A stretch of 64,000 nucleotides of DNA, taken from the human T2T-CHM13v2.0 reference genome, Homo sapiens. Shown here one piece after another: positions 55,908-64,000 of this stretch. The DNA lies in NCBI RefSeq assembly GCF_009914755.1, contig NC_060939.1, one strand, 5' to 3'. Both the position numbers and the translations under genes were made by a program. Below the pieces are notes generated by a model. It worked only from the letters and a program-made list of their open reading frames with translations. It did not search any database and was not told the DNA's origin. Each line of letters begins with the position of its first letter. Position 1 is the first letter of the stretch.

Positions 55908-56497
55908 TGTGATGGTTAGTATTAAGTGTCAACTTGATTGGATTGAAGGATGCCTAGGTAGCTGGTAAAGTATTGTTTTTGGGTGTGTCTGTCAGGGTGT
56001 TGCCAGAGGAGACTGACCTTTGAGTCAGTGGACTGGGAGAGGAAAACCCACCCTCATCAGTGTGGGTGGGCACCATCCAATTGGCTGCCACCGAGGCTAG
56101 AACAAAGCAGGTGGAAGAAGATGGGATAAGCTGGCTTGCTAAGTCTTTTGGCTTTCATTTTTCATCCGTCCTGGATGCTTCCTTCTGTTCCTCCTGCCCT
56201 TGAACATCAGACTCCAGATTGTTTGGGCTTTGGACTCTTGACTTAGACCAGTGGTCTGTCGGGGGTTCTCCAGCCTTCAGCCACAGATTGAAGGCTGCAC
56301 TGTTAGCCTCCCTGCTTTTGAGACTTTTGGACTCAGATTGAGCCACTACTGGCTTATTTCTTCCCCAGCTTGCAGACGGCTTGACGTGGGACTTCTTCGC
56401 CTTGTTATTGTGTGAGCCAGTTCTCCCTAATAAGCTCCCTTTCATATATACATAAAACTTATTATTTCTGTCCCTGTGGAGAAGTGTGACTAATACA
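55908..56497 (+). mobile_element. MLT2B-like solo HERV-L LTR
   Basis: tgtgatggttagtattaagtgtcaacttgattggattgaaggatgc...ctaataca; TSD TCTGG at 55903-55907 and 56498-56502. Confidence 0.88.
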
Positions 56498-56719
56498 TCT
56501 GGGTTAATAGGCTTTGTTTTTTATTTTATTTTTTCCTTATTTTCTTTTTGGGTTGATAGTTTTTTTTTTCTTTTGGTACTTAAAACATATTCTATTGTCT
56601 TCTGTTTTTCATTGTTTCTAGTGATAAATCAGCTATCATTCTTATTATTCTTCTCCAGTATATACTTTATCTCTTTTCCCTGGTTGCTTTTTTGTTTTTT
56701 GTTTCTTTTTTTCCTGGTT

Positions 56720-58442
<1,723 letters not shown>

Positions 58443-59054
58443 TTATCTGAGTCCACATGCAACCATTAAAATTAAGTTCGTTATTTGGCTGGTTTCTCCT
58501 TAATCCTGTCAGTGGATTCCTGGTTCTGCCACTTTGCCAGGAATGAGAATAGCCATGGTCTCTTCCCTTCTAAAGGGTTTGACTTTTTCTCTGATTTAGC
58601 TTATTTATTATTTAGATTTCTTTACATGCTTAGCTCTCTGATTTTTTTTTTCCTTAAACTATGATTTTTGTAGCTTATCCAGCTTGTTGCAGTTTATAGA
58701 GTGAGGCTTGGTATCTTGCAACTTTGAGCATTCTAGTCAGAAGTGGAAATCCTGAGCCTTTTGTTAGAATTACAAAATTTGAGAGCTGGAAGAGACCATA
58801 GAAATCAAGTAGTTTAAGCCAGGTGGGGTGGTGTGCGCCTGTACTCCTAACTACTACCTGGCTCTGCCTGGGTGACAGGGCAAGACCTTGTCTCTTAAAA
58901 AAGAAGAAATCCTGTAGCTTAGCCACTTTGTTTTCCTGATGAGGAACTGAGACATAAAAATGTGAAATTCTTTGACTACACAGCTGATGTAGCCACAGAT
59001 CCTGGAGTAGACCCCAGATCTTTAAACTTATGGTTTATTTCCTTTAATATAAGC

Positions 59055-59391
59055 TGTCCCTCTTGGTTTCATGTTGCTAAAACAACACCTGAGACTGGGT
59101 AATTTATAAAGAAGAGAAATTTATTTCTTACAGTTCTGGAGGCTTGGCAGTCTGATACCATGGTGCCGGCATCTGGTGAGGGTCTCCTTTCTGCATCAGC
59201 CCATGGTATAAGAGAAAGAGAGGGCCAAATTTGCTTTTATAATAGGCCCACTCCCACAATAATGACATTAACCCATCTGCTTCTTACTAGTGATTAATAA
59301 TCACCACTTATTAGGCCCCACCTCCTAACACTTGCATTGAGGATTAAGCTTCCAACCCATGAACTTTGGGGGACACATTCAAAGCATGGCA
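59055..59391 (-). mobile_element. MST-family MaLR LTR
   Basis: cctgagactgggtaatttataaagaagagaaatttatttcttacagttctggagg...ggggacacattcaaagcatggca. Confidence 0.78.
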
Positions 59392-59495
59392 CGGGCCTAG
59401 TGAAAGACTGGACTCTTTCAGTAGGGCCAAATTCTTGTATGGATCTGATAGCAAACCAACTTAAAATTTTGTTTTTAAATCTCGCAAGCTTTCTT

Positions 59496-59640
59496 TTTTT
59501 CTTCCTTTCTTTCCTTCCTTCCTTTTTCTTTCCTTTCTTTCCCTCCCCTCCTCTCCCCTCCCCTCCCCTTTTTTTGTGAAAGCAGGTTTATTAAGAAAGT
59601 AAAGGAATAAAAGAATGGCTACTCCATAGGCAGGGCAGCC
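59496..59640 (-). mobile_element. 65-nt MER41-type LTR R-region fragment with decayed poly(A) tail (retrocopy)
   Basis: Minus strand GGCTGCCCTGCCTATGGAGTAGCCATTCTTTTATTCCTTTACTTTCTTAATAAACCTGCTTTCAC followed by an A/G tail; 19-bp flanking direct repeats. Confidence 0.75.
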
Positions 59641-59746
59641 AAATCTTGTAAGCCTTCTTCAGTTTGGAGAAAATGAGAAATAAAGAGGAAGGATATTCCA
59701 AAAAAATAACATGCCATTCTGAATTGTTTTTAAAAATTAGGGAATT

Positions 59747-59975
59747 GGCCAGATGCGGGGCTGATCTGTAATTCCAGCACTTTGGAAGACTTAGGTGGGA
59801 GGATCACTTGAGGCCGGGAGTTCAAGACCAGCCTGGGTAACATAGTGAGACCCCATTTCTACAAAAAGAAAAAGAAAAAAAAGTTGAACGTGGTGTGTGC
59901 CTATAGTCCCAGCTACTCAGGAGGCTTAGTGGGAGAATTGTTTGAGGCAACAGAGTGAGACCCTGTCTCTTAAAG
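59747..59975 (+). mobile_element. AluJ-like with a right-arm deletion
   Basis: Alu consensus lacking much of the right arm. Confidence 0.82.
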
Positions 59976-61734
59976 AGAATCTCCAAGTAAGCATATGGTT
60001 CTCTCCATTTGAGAGTCCAGAGATGTTTTATATGGCCTTGCATAATGTGACCTTCTTCAGACCCTCACCAGAGTTAGCTCAAAAACAACAGCAGTCACGT
60101 TTGATCTGTAGTCTGAAAAGCTGTGGTGCTAAACCCTGCTAGGATGGACTGAAGAATAGTGTCAAGGTCTTGCATATCTTCATTATACCTTCTTTGGTAT
60201 TACATGGGCTGATAGGACTTTTTAGAGTCCTGCTTGACTGATTATATAGGATGCTATTTCAGTGGCACAGTCCCTCCCCATCACCTCAACAAGATAAGAT
60301 GAGAGCTGTAACAAAGCTGAAGTGTTTCATTTCTTCATTCTGAGTGGGTTGAAACCAGCTGCCTTCTTCATGTTGTTGGCAGACCTGTGCATTCGCATAG
60401 AGTGAGGGTCCTGGTGGAATGCCTGGAAAGGAAAATACCATATCTGGGAATCTTCACTGATGTTTTCTAGTGGTAGATCAGAATGTGATCAGATTCTGAA
60501 AAATTCGAGGATAGGACTTCCCTTCTCCAAAGCTTTCTACTCACGTAGAATATGCTATTTACATTGATTCATTCAGTACATATTTTAGGGTACCTACTAA
60601 TTACCAGGTACTATGCTTAGGAAATGTCCCCAAAGCTACTTAGTCCCAAACCTTTTATCATAGACAAAGCCACAGAAAAAAGGAGGGGAATGGTGCCCTG
60701 GAAAATGAAGAGTAGAGGTTCTGAAGAATCACATTAGATTAGGTTGGGGGAGGATGGCAAAAGAAAAGGGAGTGAAAATGTTATTAGAAAGAGGAGAAAG
60801 AAAAGTGAAATGTTAGATAGGGAGGAATCCACTACATGCCCCTGTGCTCCAGGAGTAATAATGTGTTCCTTTGAGCTCAAGATTGAAAAAAAAAAAAAAA
60901 ATTGACCTCTGCTATAGCTTAATGCCTAAAACAATGCCTGGCACATGGTAAGCATTCAGTAAAATGTTGAATGAAACGTAATGGATGGATGGGAGGGTTG
61001 AATCTGTTTAGTCTGTTTAAAAGATGTTTTAAAAACATCTTGGTTCATTCTGCTTCTGGGCCCATGTTGGGATTGCATTTACCCACTCCCTTGGGTATAC
61101 GTATGACCATGTGACCTACTTTAGTCAGTAAAATGTGAGAAGTGAATGGTGTCACTTTTGGATGGAAGCTTTTTTGCCAGTGAGATAGTCTTACTTTTCT
61201 CTGCTACATTGCATGTAATTGGTAGAGATGGTGGGTACTTTAGCAGCTTGGCTGACAGCTACGTTGAACTTGTGGCATGAGCAAGACTTAGATTTTTGGG
61301 GGCCATCTATTATCCTGACTGCTTTGAAAATTTATATTTTCATCTAGTTAGAATCCTCAGGTGTCCAAAGGTGCTTGAAGAAAGAGGCTGTGCACATGTC
61401 TCCTGTCCTATATTTGCTCCAATATTTCTTTAATGTTAGTTAGGTTAGGAATCTTAGAATAAAGCCTCCTGCCGGGAGGAAGATAAGAAATGGGATCAAG
61501 CGTTATTATAATTATTTAAAAATTTCCAGCCGTAAGTTTGTAGAAGGGATTATATTTGTTTAGTATACAGCAATTTGAATAACATCTCTCCCATTCTGAG
61601 CATACCACCACAGGGCTTGGGAATAAAACTAAAGAAATATAAGACTTGTAAATCATAGACTTAGAATTGGAAGAGTCTATAGGGATGTTATTACTAGTTT
61701 ATCTGGTCTATGAATTTTTGAATTTCTAATATGA

Positions 61735-62010
<276 letters not shown>

Positions 62011-62232
62011 CTGTAACTAGACTTACTAGTTGTAATCTGGTTACAGATTTACTGTAAGTCATCCATACTGGAAAATAACAACTAGAGATAAGCAACAAAA
62101 TAAACATAATGGCATGTGCTTTACAATGGCTTTTTAAATGGCCAAAGGCAAATGAAAGCCCCTAATGTTAAAATGCATGTAGGCAAGGGCTTAAACAATT
62201 TAAGAACACAAATTGGTAGTAGTAGGTGAGTG

Positions 62233-62545
<313 letters not shown>

Positions 62546-63912
62546 TGTTTTGTCTTTAAATTGGATACTTTGTTACTGTCTTCTCTGACTTTGAAAGTTT
62601 GTCTCTGTAGATAAGCATAGTTACTGATACTACCCAAAGCCTTTCAGACTTTGGCATTTTAGATTTAAGGTCCCATGTCTTTTCCCAGGTTCCTAAGATT
62701 ATTTGTTGTTAATAGTTTATACTCCCAGCCTCCTTGATGTCCAAATCCTGAAAGGGCCCCTGATAACTCTTATGGCCGCCCACCATACATTAGGAGCAAG
62801 GGCTTTGTCAAGAATGCAGTGAGCAAGCAGCTAAGCTGTAGCACTTGGCCTTCTCTGCCCGAAAATCTTAGTAGCTTTGATGAGAGCTTGAGACATGATC
62901 TCAGGGAAGGGTGAATTTGCTACAGCTACATTTATCTGTGCCAGGGTTAGGAGATAGCCCTAGGTGAATATAAGAAAAGCTCAACCTTTCCCTTCTGTCC
63001 AAAAGCAACTGGGTTTTGGCTGAGGAGATGTGAGGCTGGCTAGGTTCCTGTTAACTCAAATTACTCACTTGACTATGGAGAAGAGCAAAATAAGAGCCTT
63101 TGTGGAGAGGGGATGGGGGAAGTGCTGTGCTGTCAGTGAATGTGAACAGGCCAGATGACCCATGTCAGCATTTATCCTGAGAAGCAGCAGAGCAGAAGGT
63201 TGAGGAGAAAACCAGAAAAAGTAACCTTTATGTTTATGGCCCTTACTTCAAACTTTCTTTGCACATCTAGACTTCCTTTTTGACATAAGTAGGCCAAGTT
63301 GCTCCTTGATAAGAAAAAAAGAAAATTCTGGCGAGATAGGACAAAGTAAAGTTACTTCTTTTGTTTGCATTTCATTACTTTATACACTTAGGCTTGACTG
63401 CCAGTACCAGCATTACTCTTGGTGTGGGGGTAGACCAGCTGACAGGGAGCAGGAGGTAATGTAGCAAAGAGAGCAGTGCTTGAGCAGACAGTTGTGGCTA
63501 ATGCAGTTTCAGGGAACTGCCTTATAAACTTAGGAAGCTGGTATCCAGCCTGCATTATAAAGAGCTTTTAATTCCATGACATGGTAGATCACTGAAAGAA
63601 AGCCAAAGAAAAAGCAAAAAGCCAACTTTTATTCTTATAAATTATTCTCTTTACTTCATTTTATTCACCAAATTTTTAAAAACAAAACAATATCGAACCA
63701 GCTAATTAAACTTAATGATCACTCCCCAAACAACCCAGAATCAGCAATGGTTGGTAGGAATGGGTAACATTTATTTGGAAGCAGAGAAATTGGAAAGATG
63801 CTGGAAAGGGTCCCTTTATGTTACCTTCCTTTTTACTGCCTTGTTGAAGTGTGTAGAACGTGTAAAAAGAATATGGAGCCCCAGTTTTTTCCTGGGTCTA
63901 AGCTTTAAACTT

Positions 63913-64000
63913 TGTTTTTTTGTTTTTTTGTTTTTTTGTTTTGAGATGGAATTTTGCTCTTGTTGCTCAGGCTAGAGTGCAATGGCGCGATCTCGGCTCA
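63913..64000 (-). mobile_element. Alu 3' end, truncated by the window edge
   Basis: T-rich tail followed by gagatggaattttgctcttgttgctcaggct... Confidence 0.88.

Noticed and set aside
62223-62231. Consensus-like donor TAG|GTGAGT in intron 1
   Set aside because: I could not identify a convincing paired acceptor or exon, and such motifs occur by chance in long introns.

Overview
This is primate genomic DNA (human or a close ape), extremely Alu-dense, with no protein-coding exon in the window. The only gene-level landmark is a CpG island at ~41.7-42.8 kb. It contains a short non-coding first exon (~41960-42092, donor CCC|GTGAGT) that I recognise from memory as the 5' end of the MAPK6 (ERK3) mRNA. 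Everything to its right is intron 1, and the coding exon lies beyond the window. The left ~41 kb is upstream sequence made mostly of transposon fossils: dozens of Alus, MaLR LTRs (MLT1, MST, THE1D), MER21, L1M, L2, CR1/L3, MIR, DNA transposons (MER63, MER45, MER82, MER3/33, MER5A) and a solo HERV-H LTR7B. The ORF-track entries look spurious (repeat read-throughs, GC-rich island frames and short chance ORFs). I see no evidence for a new multi-gene system. The most interesting signals are: (1) a two-LTR ERVL provirus remnant with intact target duplication splitting an L1MC; (2) a 71-bp inverted templated insertion; (3) a (CG)12(CA)23 Z-DNA tract next to a 26-bp-spaced inverted Alu pair; (4) an LTR7B with a mutated TATA but intact poly(A) signal just upstream of the promoter; (5) a MAPK6 exon-1 uORF in frame with an intronic CGG/poly-Gly tract; (6) a polyadenylated 65-nt MER41 R-region retrocopy; (7) a tail-less Alu inserted in a palindrome. 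Repeat subfamily names are from recalled consensus sequences and most repeat boundaries are approximate.
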